Shown: positions 1 through 12,569, numbered from the stretch's first letter. The stretch: 53,465 bases of DNA from Octopus bimaculoides (GCF_001194135.2 NC_068982.1:58349993-58403457); one strand, 5' to 3'. Numbers and translations are program-made. Notes: a model not told the origin generated them from the sequence alone.

Positions 1-262
1 GTGCCCCTGGACTGGTTCTTGTGCGGGTGGCACATGAGATGCACCATTTTGAGCGTGGCCGTTTTCGTGCGGGTGACACGTAAAAGGACCCACTACACTC
101 TCTGAGTGGTTGGCGTTAGGAAGGGCATCCAGCTGTAGAAACTCTGCCAAATTAGACTGGAGCCTGGTGTTGCAATCCGGTTTCACCAGTCCTCAGTCAA
201 ATCGTCCAACCCATGCTAGCATGGAAAGCGGACGTTAAACGATGATGATGATGATGATGATG
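1..262 (+). mobile_element. SINE family A, 3' part ending in (GAT)n
   Basis: Near-identical to 23015-23277 and to the reverse complement of 11433-11830. Shared tail ...ccatgctagcatggaaagcggacgttaaac(gat)n. Confidence 0.85.
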
Positions 263-289
263 ATATATATATATATATATATATATGTA

Positions 290-455
290 TACGACGGGCT
301 TCTTTCAGTTTCCATCTACCAGATCCACTCGCAAGGCTTTGGTTGGCCCGAGGCTATAGTAGAAGATACTTGCCCAAGGTGCCATGCAGTGGGGCTGAAC
401 CCGGAATTATGTGGTTCGTAAGCAAGCTACTTACCACACAGCCACTTCTACGCCT
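290..455 (-). mobile_element. SINE family B, tRNA-like head and core
   Basis: Reverse complement of the aggcg...tggctgtgtggtaagtagcttgct...gggttcagccccactg head found in many copies in this window. Confidence 0.85.
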
Positions 456-689
456 AGTTCAACTTACACAAGTTAATGTGTGAAAAACAAAATTTTTAAA
501 TATCGAAGGTTATGGGGGCGCATTAGAATAAAGTAGTAATCAAAGTGGGTCACAGATAAAAAATAGTTGAGAAACCCTGTGATAAATAAAAAGCAAATCT
601 TGCAAGCAAAGACGACTTGACAATAAAGATGTATCAGGAGAAATTATATAACATTACAAACATTTTTTTAGAATATTTAAGTTCCTTTC

Positions 690-930
690 TTTTTTCCTTC
701 TTTTATATGTTTCAGTCATTTGACTGTGGCCATGCTGGAGCATCGTCTTTTGGTCGAAGGCTTTTACTTTATAAGCCTGGTACTTATCCTATCGGTTTCT
801 TTTGCTGAACCGCTAAGTTATGGGGAACATAAACACACAAATATCAGTTGTCAAGCAATGGTGGTGGTGGTGGGGGGGGGGACAAACACAGACACAAAGA
901 CACACACATAAATACATACCTATATATATA
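690..930 (-). mobile_element. SINE family B, 3' half
   Basis: tttcagtcatttgactgtggccatgctggagca...gaaccgctaagtta matches the full copies at 40554-40950 and 42001-42386. Confidence 0.8.
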
Positions 931-1177
931 TATATATTCACCAGCTTTCTTACAAAAAATCTAATACTCTTAACTCTTTTTTTTGGAGCAATTGGATCAA
1001 ACTGTCTCAAGTGTAACTGCCCAAAACAGTAAAGACTTCTGGTAACTTGACTGAGGAAAGAAGGCCATGAATGACCCATCTTTTTTCCCTGTCCTTCTAA
1101 TTGTTGTTTCTCCTGTCTGCTTTTGTATCGTCTATCTGTCTGAATGTTCTATTGTCCCCAAAAGGATGAAAGGCAAA

Positions 1178-1401
1178 GTGGAATTTGAACTCAGTGGAAT
1201 TTGAACTCAGTGAAATTTGAACTCAGTGGAATTTGAACTCAGTGGAATTTGAACTCAGTGGAATTTGAACTCAGTGGAATTTGAACTCAGTGGAATTTGA
1301 ACTCAGTGGAATTTGAACTCAGTGGAATTTGAACTCAGTGGAATTTGAACTCAGTGGAATTTGAACTCAGTGGAATTTGAACTCAGTGGAATTTGAACTC
1401 A
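1178..1401. repeat. Minisatellite, 14 x 16 bp (GTGGAATTTGAACTCA), inside a family C SINE
   Basis: 224 bp = 14 units, one variant unit (GTGAAATT...). Flanks aaggatgaaaggcaaa...gaatgt match single-unit SINE copies at about 10410, 21610 and 28800. Confidence 0.95.
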
Positions 1402-1989
1402 GAATGTAGCAACAATGAAAAATAGAGCACTATAGTGCTTAGTTCAAACCTAGTGTTTAGTTCAACCCTAGTGTTTAATTGATACTTCTCTTATTGACAG
1501 TTTTATAATCTAGGTCTTGAGGAAGTCTTTAGATGCCTCATCAACATGCTTGAAATAGTATCCAAATCTTCAAATCACATGCATTTTTTCACCGCTTTCA
1601 TGGATTCCCATGACTCTGGTGCCAACAAATTCCATTATTATGAATTTGAATTAGGAGCTTGTGTTATAGTGAATTTTTCATTAGCTGATTACACAACTAT
1701 GGACACTACCCTTATGGATGCATTGCAGTTAATCTCGTGATAGAATTTGGAGTTCCTGACCATTGATCATCTAGGATTCCTCCGTTCAGCATCAATGTAG
1801 GAAGCACTGTTGGTTCAGTCGAGCTCTTCCACTACCTCTTCACAATCCACTAGGACATCATAGTATCCCTGGTAGGGTGGCTGAATGGGTACTATGCTTT
1901 GCTAAAGGGCAGCCTATATCTATGCAATTGCCTTAAAAACGAGGAGATATTGAAAAATATATTGTAGTGCTTTGAGGAAGCATCTTCTG

Positions 1990-2205
1990 CTAAGGCCCTG
2001 GGCCAACAAATGCCTTGTGAGTGAATGTGATCGCAAGAAAGCCAAAACTGTGAGGAAGCCCATCATGTATATAAATGTGTGTGTGCCTTTGTGTTTGTTT
2101 TCCTACTGCTTGATAACTGCTGTTGGTTTGTTTACATCCCCATAACTTAGCAGTGAGGCAAAAGAGACCTATAAGAATAAGTACCTGACTTGAAAAAAGA
2201 TAATT
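1990..2205 (+). mobile_element. SINE family B, decayed
   Basis: gccttgtgagtg...cataacttagcagt...aaagagacctataagaataagtac. Confidence 0.7.
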
Positions 2206-2941
2206 CATTCACCTAACTCTTCAAAGGCAATGTCTTGGCATGGCCATGGTCTAATGAGAAAACTTCCGTAAGAAATATAAGATAAAATATAAAAACAATG
2301 ACAAAATAGAAAAAAGATGGTCAAGACTCGATGATATGTTGTCATGGGTTAGCTCAGTCAGAGCTGCTTAGAGGCTCAAGAAGAACAACAATAACAATAA
2401 CATGTAGGCTCAGGAATGAGTAGAGGTAAAAAATTCTTACATTTGCCTTTGGGTGGTATTGAACCTGCCCTGGTATAGAATGCAATCGTTTTTGTATTTG
2501 TTCAATAATGCTGTCAAGAGGAGACACACAGGAAAAACATTGATATAACAGCTGACTACACACTCCATGTGGTAAATTAGACATGAATCAGTGGCTTGTA
2601 TTTAAATGTAAAACACACACACACACACACACACACACATGAACATCAACCTAGACTCCTATACTTAGACAAGAATGCACATGCAGACTTCATGTGTATG
2701 TATGTATGTATACGTGTGGATGTGTGCATGTGTGCGTGTGTATGCATGTATATATGATTACATATACATACATACACACACATATATATATATACACACA
2801 TATATATATACATACACATATATACACACATACATATATGTATACATGCACATATATACATACACATACATATACATACATATACATGCATAAACACACA
2901 TATACATACATACATACATACAGACACACACACACATATAT

Positions 2942-3431
2942 NNNNNNNNNNNNNNNNNNNNNNNNNNNNNNNNNNNNNNNNNNNNNNNNNNNNNNNNNNN
3001 NNNNNNNNNNNNNNNNNNNNNNNNNNNNNNNNNNNNNNNNNNNNNNNNNNNNNNNNNNNNNNNNNNNNNNNNNNNNNNNNNNNNNNNNNNNNNNNNNNNN
3101 NNNNNNNNNNNNNNNNNNNNNNNNNNNNNNNNNNNNNNNNNNNNNNNNNNNNNNNNNNNNNNNNNNNNNNNNNNNNNNNNNNNNNNNNNNNNNNNNNNNN
3201 NNNNNNNNNNNNNNNNNNNNNNNNNNNNNNNNNNNNNNNNNNNNNNNNNNNNNNNNNNNNNNNNNNNNNNNNNNNNNNNNNNNNNNNNNNNNNNNNNNNN
3301 NNNNNNNNNNNNNNNNNNNNNNNNNNNNNNNNNNNNNNNNNNNNNNNNNNNNNNNNNNNNNNNNNNNNNNNNNNNNNNNNNNNNNNNNNNNNNNNNNNNN
3401 NNNNNNNNNNNNNNNNNNNNNNNNNNNNNNN
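2942..3431. other. Assembly gap. Others: 10695-10781, 22153-23014, 30157-30531, 35414-35612, 36726-37128, 44110-44668, 45728-46041, 47375-48231, 49398-49623, 52057-52541
   Basis: Runs of N, most bordered by (TA)n or (CA)n. Confidence 0.99.
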
Positions 3432-3493
<62 letters not shown>

Positions 3494-3869
3494 CACACAC
3501 ATACACTCACAAATATTCATGCACACCCCTGAGATGTAGGCACTGTAGAAGTAGTTCTTGACTTCATCATCAGCTACTGAACAAATTCCAAATGAACTAA
3601 TCCACCAAATGGATTACATCAGATCAATGATACTTAGTGCAAAGTAGCAGCAGCAGCAGTAGGAGTAGTAACAGTAGCAGTAGTAGTGGTAGTAGTAGTA
3701 GTAGGTGATAGGGAGGGGGAAGAAGATCATGCAAAGTGAAATGTGGGTGCGATTACTGGAATGGATGATTGGTGATTGGGTGGTAGCGTCGTGGTGATGT
3801 TTTGCAGTGGTTTGATGGACGTTGAAGGAGTGATCTAGTTGTTGTTGTGTTGTTGTTGTTGTTGCTGTT

Positions 3870-4080
3870 GTTTAGCTTTAAGTCAGCCCTTGAACAAACA
3901 GATCTGTGATCATATATAAAAATGCTCAAGTGATGGCAAAACCCATCATTTGGTATATCTAAGGACTGCTTTGTCCAGTGTGACGTTCCTTTGTTCTTAA
4001 GACGATAGGGTGTGAATTGAACAAGGGAATTTGAATTATTATTTCATGTATGGCGAGCAATTTCATAGAGGCTACCTCAC
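3870..4080. repeat. Old interspersed repeat family D; related copies at about 4150-4330, 13610-13765, 16310-16510 and 16965-17130
   Basis: Recurring degenerate motif ttag(c)..aggtcag.cctgat.gagcaga...gagggagattt..ctg.tatttctag. Confidence 0.55.
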
Positions 4081-5894
4081 TGTGTGTAGTAGTAACAGTG
4101 ACGGTAATTGTGTTTGCTGTTGTTGTTGTTGTTATTGAAGTTGCTTAGCTCCAAGTCCGTTCTGATTGAGTAAATATATTATCAAAAGATTTCCATATGA
4201 TCATACTATCTTTGCCCGCTGTACAGAGAACCTAGGATCAGAGTTTCCAATGTATATATTTTCAAAATGATTGGGAGTGATCTGAAGGGTTTAGGGTGTT
4301 ACTTTTAACAGTATTACTCATTGGCACATGTTACTGGTCATTGCGGGAGGATTTAGCGATGGGATATGTTGATGGTGGTGGTGATCGTGGGTAAAGAGAG
4401 ATGTGATCGTATCAGTGTTGATATGTGTTTGTAGGCTGGCTCTGATCGAGCAGATCTTCAGAATAGAAGAATAAGGGAATGACAGAATAGTGGTGTGATG
4501 TTTGTGAATCAGCTTGGATGAGAATATAGGTGGTTAGAAGGTAGGGCAGTTATTTGTAGCACAAAAGCTAAATGAAAGGAAAACAAAAGATGAACAAAAA
4601 CATAAAGGTAATCATAACTAGACATAGGTGCTATTTCCAAAACGGTGATGAATATTTATCAGTAGGAAATGAACCATCTGCTCAAGAGCAAACTGGAAAC
4701 AAAACAATTTCTCCTATACCACATGCTACAGAAGTGGCATGTGGCATACTTTGGATTTTATACAAAAAAGTGCAGAAAACATTGAAAGTGAGCACAAGAA
4801 AGACATATTCCATTGCTCATAACATTTTCAAGTGACAGTTAACAGCGATGTTTTACATTTGGCATCATTAAACACAGTAATTAAAAAGATAGAATGTCTG
4901 AGAGAAATTAGTTAATGTGAAGTGTCGATAAACAAACCCTATTTTGTTTACTATGTTGACACATAGGAAAAAGCAGAATTAATACAATAGCTGTGACAAC
5001 AGAAAATGGATTGTCTGCCAGAGAAAAATGGAAAAAATTATAAGACAGAATTCCTGAACTTGAATGTAGTAACTAGCATAAGTTGAGCTATGTATCATAG
5101 TATCATGAAGAGGGTTCTTACAAAGAATTCCTTCAAACAGATGCCGAAGACATTTTCTGCATAAGCAAATGTAGGAGAGGAGGTGAACTAGTCTGCTATT
5201 TTAAAAGAATGTAAATTAAACAGTGTCTAATTTACTTTATCTTTTTTTCTCTCTGTGAAAGGAGGTTAGCATCATGTAATACCTGTCATTTGATTGGTGA
5301 TGTTCACAATAATAACTTCATTAGTCTGGTTACCTCATTGAGATCCTCTGTTTTGTAGCTTATGCTGGGCAGTTCAAAGTAAACCAGGAATAAACAAGAA
5401 AATGTTCTAGGCACATAATTTGTCACCTGAATCACAAAATGAATTTATTTCTCCTTGCTCCTATCTCGTTTTCAAACACATACTCTCTGAAAGATGAAAA
5501 GCGAAATACTATTTAATAACAGTTGATGCAACACCTAATTCTGCACATGTCGAACATGTAACATTTATCATATGTTCCCTTCAAAGTATAAACTGTGGGT
5601 TTAAGATTCAAGAGAAATTTATATCTTTTGAAGACTTGAGAAATAACATGTTCTGAGATTGCAAACTTGACAAAGGAACTACTGAGTAAAAATAGCATGA
5701 TCTAGGGAGATTGCAGAAGTCAAGGATATGACTGTAGTGCCAATATGACTGCCAAGCACAAGGAAGTACAAAGGAAGTACAAAGTTTTTCACAATATGGA
5801 TGGCATATGTGAATTTGCGTGACATCGATTCAGAGTTCAATACTGAAACAGTCACCTTTTCTGGAACTATGGAACATATTTTCTATCTGTTATC

Positions 5895-6125
5895 TTGTAC
5901 TTGTTTCAGTCACTGGACTGCAACTATGCTGAGGCATTGTGTTAAAGGGTTTAGACAAACGTGTGTGTGTGTGTGTGTGTATGATGGACTTCCATGCAGT
6001 TTCCATCTACCAAATTCACTCACAAGGCATTGGTTGATCCAAGGCTGCAATAGAAGAGACTTGTCCAAAGTGCTGTGCAGTAGATCCAAACACAACATGG
6101 TTGCAAAGCAAGCTTCACGCAGCTG
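5895..6125 (-). mobile_element. SINE family B, decayed, inserted in the hAT fossil
   Basis: ttgtttcagtcact...tttccatctaccaaattcactcacaagg, with hAT coding similarity on both sides. Confidence 0.75.
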
Positions 6126-6548
6126 TATTTGTAATATGTTTTCTTATCGAGAAAAAAGAAAAGATGACAAATGCTTCTGATATGTACAGGTTATCTGGTT
6201 GTTAGCCACAAATGATAGTGTGAAATAATTTTCATAAAACCTTATTGATATGAAATTAGCCCTGCATAATATTCTGAATCTTAATTCATTGCTAAAGGCC
6301 AAAACTAAAGTAACAAGATCTATAAAATACATGTCCCCTGTATCTTCATGTAAACATCTGATTCAATATGATTAACATCTGCAACATGGTATCAGTTAAT
6401 ACCGTGTGGACAACAATGAAACTGAACTGAAAATCTTCAGAAACTGCAAGATTGATTTGGTGCTCTGCAGACGGAATCAAAATATGTCACTAATAAATAT
6501 ATAGTAAGTGGAGAGAAATATTTATTGCTAGTAGTCTGCAAAATGAAA

Positions 6549-6762
6549 TTAACCCATAAGCATTTAAACCGGCCATATCCGGCCAAAATATTCTGCCTGT
6601 TTTATGTTCGAATTAAAAAGATCCATCCTTTTCCATCTACCCTACAATATCATTCTAAGAATAAAACAATCATATCATTGATGTGTTGAAGCTATGGAAT
6701 AATTCGTGATTAATCCAAAACTAATGTAAATAAACAAAGAAATATGAATGTTAAAAGGTTAA
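6549..6762. mobile_element. TTAA-bounded MITE (piggyBac-type ends) inserted in the hAT fossil
   Basis: TTAAcccataagcatt ... aatgttaaaaggTTAA inverted ends; related copy at 27092-27534. Confidence 0.7.
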
Positions 6763-7923
6763 ACAAACAAATAAGAAAATTCAAGATCATTTTGTTCTAT
6801 GAGACCCAATCAAATGATAGAATACATACAAAAGATCCTTTCACATGCCCAAAATCATTGCTGTGGATGTCTCTTTTTAAAATGTGTTTGCCAATTCTAT
6901 TATAGGTTGTCTAAGATCGTCTGAATCTGCAAAAGAAACTTTTTATACTTTTGCATTCTTTTGACTATAAGTGTACTTTTCATTTGTAGAAATTTACAAT
7001 AATGATGTAAAAGGAAAAGAACTTACAACAGAATTAATCAATATGAAAACTATGACACAGTGTGACAATTTTGAGGAACTGAAATTTAACTCTTTTGCTG
7101 TTTGTAACTAGTGCAGATAATTCCAGTAAAACAGTGGAAACAAAAAAAAAATCAAAATAATTAGAGAATTTTTTCCCATAATGAGTTCTTACATAAGCAA
7201 AAGGACTCAAATTACAAGAAGGGATTTAGTCAATTACATTGATCAACATTGCAAAGTTGAATTTGATGAAATTTGAACTCAGAAAGTAAACAGTTGTAGC
7301 TCAATACTGTGAGGCAGTTTATTCCATGTGCTTACAAGTTCTGCCAATACACCACTAACAACAGTGATATTTTAGACATGGACACTAAACCATGTTTTTA
7401 GTGTAAGTGGTACAGTCTATTAAATTAACCTTAGTATATGACTGGTATTTTATTTCATTGCCTCTTGATAGATGAAAATAAGTACTTAAAGAAAATGTAA
7501 GTACTGGTGTCAATTTGCTTGACAAAACACATTAAGGTAGTGCTCCAGCATGACCAAACTTCGATGACCAAAACGAGTAAAAGATATTTAAGATATTTTA
7601 CATATTTTACAAGATTTCTATGTTTATATTTTTGCATATAAATTCCATATTATTTTGACATTATATTCATATATGTCTCCCTGAGAATGTCTCTTAAACT
7701 ATTCCTCAAATGATTCAGGAACTAAAGAGATGAAGTAAGAGAAGAACTGGCTGACTTGTCGACCTTATTGATAAAGAAAACGATTACCTGGTTCCATACT
7801 GAGCTAGAACACTAGTTCTCTGGATCTGAGCCCAATATTCCATTAAATCGGTCAATGCCAGATAAAGAGGAATCAATTTCTAAGAATAGGCAGTCATAGT
7901 ACAGCATTTGGTGCTGTGTGAGC

Positions 7924-7982
<59 letters not shown>

Positions 7983-7987
7983 TGAGA

Positions 7988-8018
<31 letters not shown>

Positions 8019-8739
8019 TCTCTCTGAGGGTGTGTATGAGAGATGAAGAAAAAGAGAAATAGTTATGGTGGAAATATGCTTGTGAAAGCATGTCTTTTCT
8101 TATACATGCACACATGTACACACACACACTCACACATGTATTCTATATATTACATATATGTGTGCATGTGTATTTATGCACTGTGTAGTACAAATGTACT
8201 CAAGAGGCATGGAGTGTACAATTGCCATTTAGCAAAATTGTCTACAAACTTACTTTTAAGTTCTCAATGGATGTACTCATACTTGTTCCAAAATATGTAT
8301 TTATTACACTCATACATGCACACACGTACACACAACTTTAGACAATTGCCCGGACCCATATTTTTGACCTCTTTTTTTTTTCTATTTTATTTCTTTATAT
8401 GTATGTTTTTCTGTTTCGTTTTTTCATTCCATTCTTCTGGTTTCACTACTCATTTTAAATCATACCTCTGGCAAGTTAACTTGGGATTTCTTAACAACAG
8501 TGTAACCTTCATTTAAAAAATCAGGCATACAAGGTGTGTATTCCTAGTCAAAATGTGGGATCCAAAATGTAAATAATGTAAACTTAATTCAATTGGGATA
8601 CAGATATATGGCACTAAAGCAAACTCAATTAATAATACTTTATAAATTGTAAGCATTCTAAAATAAGCCATTATTCTCTTATGTGCACATACTGAAAAAC
8701 AAGAAACCATATAATTTTACTTGTTTTTATGGTGTAAGA

Positions 8740-8900
8740 GAGGCTGTGTGATAAGTAACTTACTTACAAACCACATGGTTCCAGGTTCAGTCCCACTGCG
8801 TGACACCTTGGGCAAGTGTCTTCTACTATAGCCTCAGGCCAACCAAAGCCTTGTGAGTGGATTTGGTAGATGGAAACTGAAAGAAGCTCGTCGTACATAT
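8740..8900 (+). mobile_element. SINE family B, head and core
   Basis: ggctgtgtgataagtaac...ggttccaggttcagtcccactgcg...gaaactgaaagaagctcgtcgta. Confidence 0.85.
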
Positions 8901-9258
8901 GTATATATGTATATATGCATTGACAGCAACCGCCATACACCACTGGTGTATATAAGTGCATGTTAGATAGCTTAGTATGTTTAGCTTAATAATGATTATG
9001 AATGCAAATAACAGTTCATCTGGGCAGCAAAAAGAAATGCATTTCATGTTTAAGGGATGATTAGAGATACATGGCGGCAGGAAAATAATTTTTGCAATGA
9101 TTAATAGTATGTAAAAATAATCATCAGAGAAAATTAATCGGACTTGAATTTCATAAGGTTAAATGTTGATAAAGTGGTATAATAAGCAATGAGTGAATGT
9201 GAAGGTGTTAAAGAACTAAATCAATCTAGAATTGGGGTAAAATTACGAGTGTTGTAAT

Positions 9259-11150
9259 ATGTATATAGATAATAATGATAATAATAATGATAACAATAAA
9301 AAGAGAAAATTGAACCTAAAAAGAAAGATTAAATTAAACCATCTGAGGGATGCAGACATGAACATTAACTTGGTAAAATGTTTATCTAAGAACAAGATTT
9401 TGTTTTTTTTTGATATTTTGTTTCAAAAAATTTTTGAAAGAAGTGTGTGGGCTTCTCCAGATTGACCTTGGGTTTATAAAATATTAAATGTTTTTCCCCA
9501 CTCTAGTAAGAAACAAAGTACTATTTTGGAATTAGTAATTTGCTAGGTTTTTATGGTTGATGGTTGCCAAAATATTCTAAAAATGATCAAATTATTTGCA
9601 AATTTGCACAAGAAAAATGTTAAATTTGTTTGGACAAATATTTAGCAAAGAGCATTTGATAATTAAAAAAGTGCTCATGCACAACTGATGCTGGTGAACA
9701 GTCTACAACCAAATATTTTCTTGCAGGAGGCTGGTTCAAATTATGTTGATGATAATTTCAAACACTAGATAGAAAATGGTGTGTTATGTATTGATAGCCA
9801 AGCTTTGGAAATTCTGTGTGATCCAGTCCTAAGCTAGTAGCAGAACTGGGGTGCAATCCATCCCAGGAACTGTTTTTTTTTTTTTATCAAAGCAGCACCT
9901 TTGGGTCTGCTGAATAAGCCTGATTGGGTTTATATGTTTGAATGAGTGGGAACAGCAAACTCAAGGGTTGCCCCAAGTAGCACACATCCTAACTGTGCCA
10001 CTACATTGAGCAGAAATATATCCAGATAAACAAAAACAGAAAAAAAAAAACAAGAAAAATGAGGTAACTTTTACAATGCCAAGAGACCTTATAAGCAGGT
10101 CAATTATGAATTAACTTTGGATAATGGCATGCTTTGCAACTGTAAGCATTTTGTGCTGCCTTAAAGTAACCAGGAGGCAAACCATTCAAAGATTTTATGC
10201 TTTTTTTTTTTTTTATTCATTTATTTATTGGTAGGGAGAAAACCAATAATTGTCTGGAAGTCACTGGTCCGAAGAAATTTATAAAACTGATATTTAAGAA
10301 ACTGATAAACATATGTTAACTTCATGTAAAGACAAATAAAATGCCGCTAAGCATTTTGGCGGGTTTGTTAACGATTCTGCCAGCTTGCCACCCTGAAAGA
10401 GAAAGTCAACCCTAGTGGAATTTGAACTCAGAATGTAAAGACTTACGAAATGATGCTAAACATATCATCCAGTGTGGTAATGATTCCTCCTGCTCACTGC
10501 CTTACCCATCGTCAAAATGAAATAATAAAAATCCACTTCATCACCTTTGCTTTATTACTTCAAAAGAGGAAGAACTGTGACATTGTATACAAAAGCTTCC
10601 ATTGATTCCTTCTTCCTGATTCTCTCTTTGGTAAAGTTATATCCATCAGTGTTTCTTTTTTATATATGTATGTATGTATGTATGTATATATATANNNNNN
10701 NNNNNNNNNNNNNNNNNNNNNNNNNNNNNNNNNNNNNNNNNNNNNNNNNNNNNNNNNNNNNNNNNNNNNNNNNNNNNNNNNTATATATATTCTATTCTCT
10801 TACTGGTTTTTAGACATTCAAAGGTTTTACTGGGTTATATTTGCATCAGTCTTTTGTCATATATTTATGTATATATTCTCAACTTCAGAGAAACAGGAAA
10901 ACTAAAGTCGACCAGTTGCAAAAGGGAAACAACTGAGACAGATTGAAATACGCAAATTATTTTCATTCAATGCCTCAATATTTTCTTTGCTGGTATGAAA
11001 TACACTTCCAGATCTGGATTAAGCAAAATAAGGCATATGCTTGAAAGTACCAAAATGGGGGAACCATTGAGATAATGGATATACCAAGGTGCAAGTGATG
11101 CAGCTGAAACAGAGGCCTACAAGAAGGGTCTCACAATATATACACAGTAT
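9259..11150 (+). pseudogene. Decayed long reading frame of an unclassified protein, probably TE-derived
   Basis: One frame, 9259-10029 (257 codons, 9 stops): VKCLSKNKILFFFDILFQKIFE...LVNSLQPNIFLQE...QNWGAIHP...FIKAAPLGLL...VAPSSTHPNC. Further protein-like pieces at about 10565-10640 and 10880-11140. Confidence 0.55.
10330..10505 (-). mobile_element. Family C SINE heads, two adjacent. Other family C copies at about 7240-7350, 12010-12190, 12250-12400, 19320-19440, 21530-21720, 24700-24860, 26610-26820, 28740-28918, 50810-50985, 51770-51870
   Basis: ggatgaaaggcaaagtcgacc..ggaatttgaactcagaa.gtaaag...ctaagcattt...gattctgccag is the reverse complement of a tRNA-like head with a GAGTTCAAATTCC B-box-like motif. 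Confidence 0.75.
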
Positions 11151-11432
11151 ACATATATACCTGATTAACTTGTTGATATTTTGTCAGCCTTATAATTTAA
11201 AGTCTAAGGAAGATAACATTTTTACTTTTTACATTTTAGTTTTTACTTTTTTGTTTTATATTTTCCATTTTTTTAAACTTCTGCATTTTCTATATGCTTC
11301 CTTCTCATCTTTTCACGTTTCTTCTCTTATTCATTTTTTCAGTTCGTAATGGTATGTGGCCTGTGCCTGATGAATATGCTTGAAGTATTTCTCAGCATAT
11401 GAAACTGTTAGTGGCACTCAAAGACATGTATT

Positions 11433-11830
11433 CATCATCATCATCATCATCATCGTTTAACATCCGCTTTCCATGCTAGCATGGATTGGACGATTTGACT
11501 GTGGACTGGTGGAACCCGAAGGCTACACCAGGTTCCAATCTGATTTGGCAGAGTTTCTACAGCTGGATGCCCTTCCTAATGCCAACCACTCCGAGAGTGT
11601 AGTAGGTGGTTTTATGTGTCACCGACACAAAGGCCAGTCAGGCAGTACTGGCAACGGCTACGCTCAAAATGGTGTATTTTATGTGCCACCCACACAAGAG
11701 CCAGTCCAGGGGCACTGGCAACAATCTCGCTCGAAAGTCCTTACACATGCTGCAGGCACAAGTGCCAGAAAGGCGACACTGGGCACAGGTGCCATCCCGA
11801 TTTCGCTTGCCCCAATAGGTCTTTGCAAGC
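11433..11830 (-). mobile_element. SINE family A; explains ORFs 11473..11979 and neighbours
   Basis: (cat)n cgtttaacatccgctttccatgctagcatgg... is the reverse complement of 1-262. Confidence 0.85.
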
Positions 11831-11899
11831 TGAGTTTCGTGTCCAATGAAAGAGACGACGTTGATCTTTCTATCACGGAACAGTACATTACACACATAG

Positions 11900-11946
<47 letters not shown>

Positions 11947-12569
11947 ATTTCCAACATAATATTATTGTTTCTGATTTAGGCACAAGGTTAGAAGTCTTGA
12001 GGGAAGAGAATTAGTCAATGCTATTAACCCCAGTACCTGACTGGCACTTCATTTTATCAAATCTGGAGGGATGAAAGGCAAAGGTGATCCTGTTGCAAAT
12101 TGAAGCCAAAATGTAAAGAGCTGGAAGAATTAGAAATAACACGAAGTATTTTGTCTGATACTCTAATGATTCCGCTAGCTCCCTACTATTTTTTGATAAT
12201 CTAGTAATAATAATTGTTTCAGATTTTGGCACAAGGTTTGATATTTTATGGAGAAGGGGATAGTCAATTACTTCAGTATTTGACTGGTACTTTGTTTTAT
12301 TGACCCTTAGAAAATGAAAGGCAAAGTTGACCCCCAGCACAATTTGGTCTCAGAGTGTGTAAAATTAGAGTAAATACCACAGTCAAATGACTGAAACAGT
12401 TAAAAAGAATAAAAGAATATGGACTCTTCAAAAAGATTTTGAGTAATTCTTCAGTTTAATGGTAAATTGTTTTTAGTATTGCTCAACAAAGAAACAACCA
12501 TTAATATTTTCATATATATATATGTTTATGTATATGTGTATGTATATATGTGTGCATGTATAATGTATA

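Larger units (their letters stand above)
4890..7110 (+). mobile_element. Fossil hAT transposase (ZMYM1/Tip100-like) with stops and frameshifts
   Basis: Manual translation gives motifs in the expected order: TLFCLLC...EKWKKL*DRIPELE (TTF zinc finger); GDVHNNNF; NLSPESQNEFI; KAKYYLITVDATPNSAHVEH (about 5498-5557, first catalytic Asp); KIQEKFISF; DCRSQGYDCSANM (5709-5747, second Asp); TVTFSGTM; then weaker C-terminal similarity to about 7100. Confidence 0.85.

Noticed and set aside
1178-1401. CRISPR-like array
   Set aside because: Head-to-tail 16-bp units with no spacers, in eukaryotic DNA, derived from a SINE.
5334-5426. 93-nt open minus-strand exon candidate (VTNYVPRTFSCLFLVYFELPSISYKTEDLNE) with good splice sites
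   Set aside because: It is antisense to the hAT fossil (NLSPESQNEFI region), which explains the sequence, and its phase does not fit the neighbouring candidates. Exonisation is not excluded.
11473-11979. 168-aa ORF
   Set aside because: Antisense reading of a family A SINE plus (CA)n.
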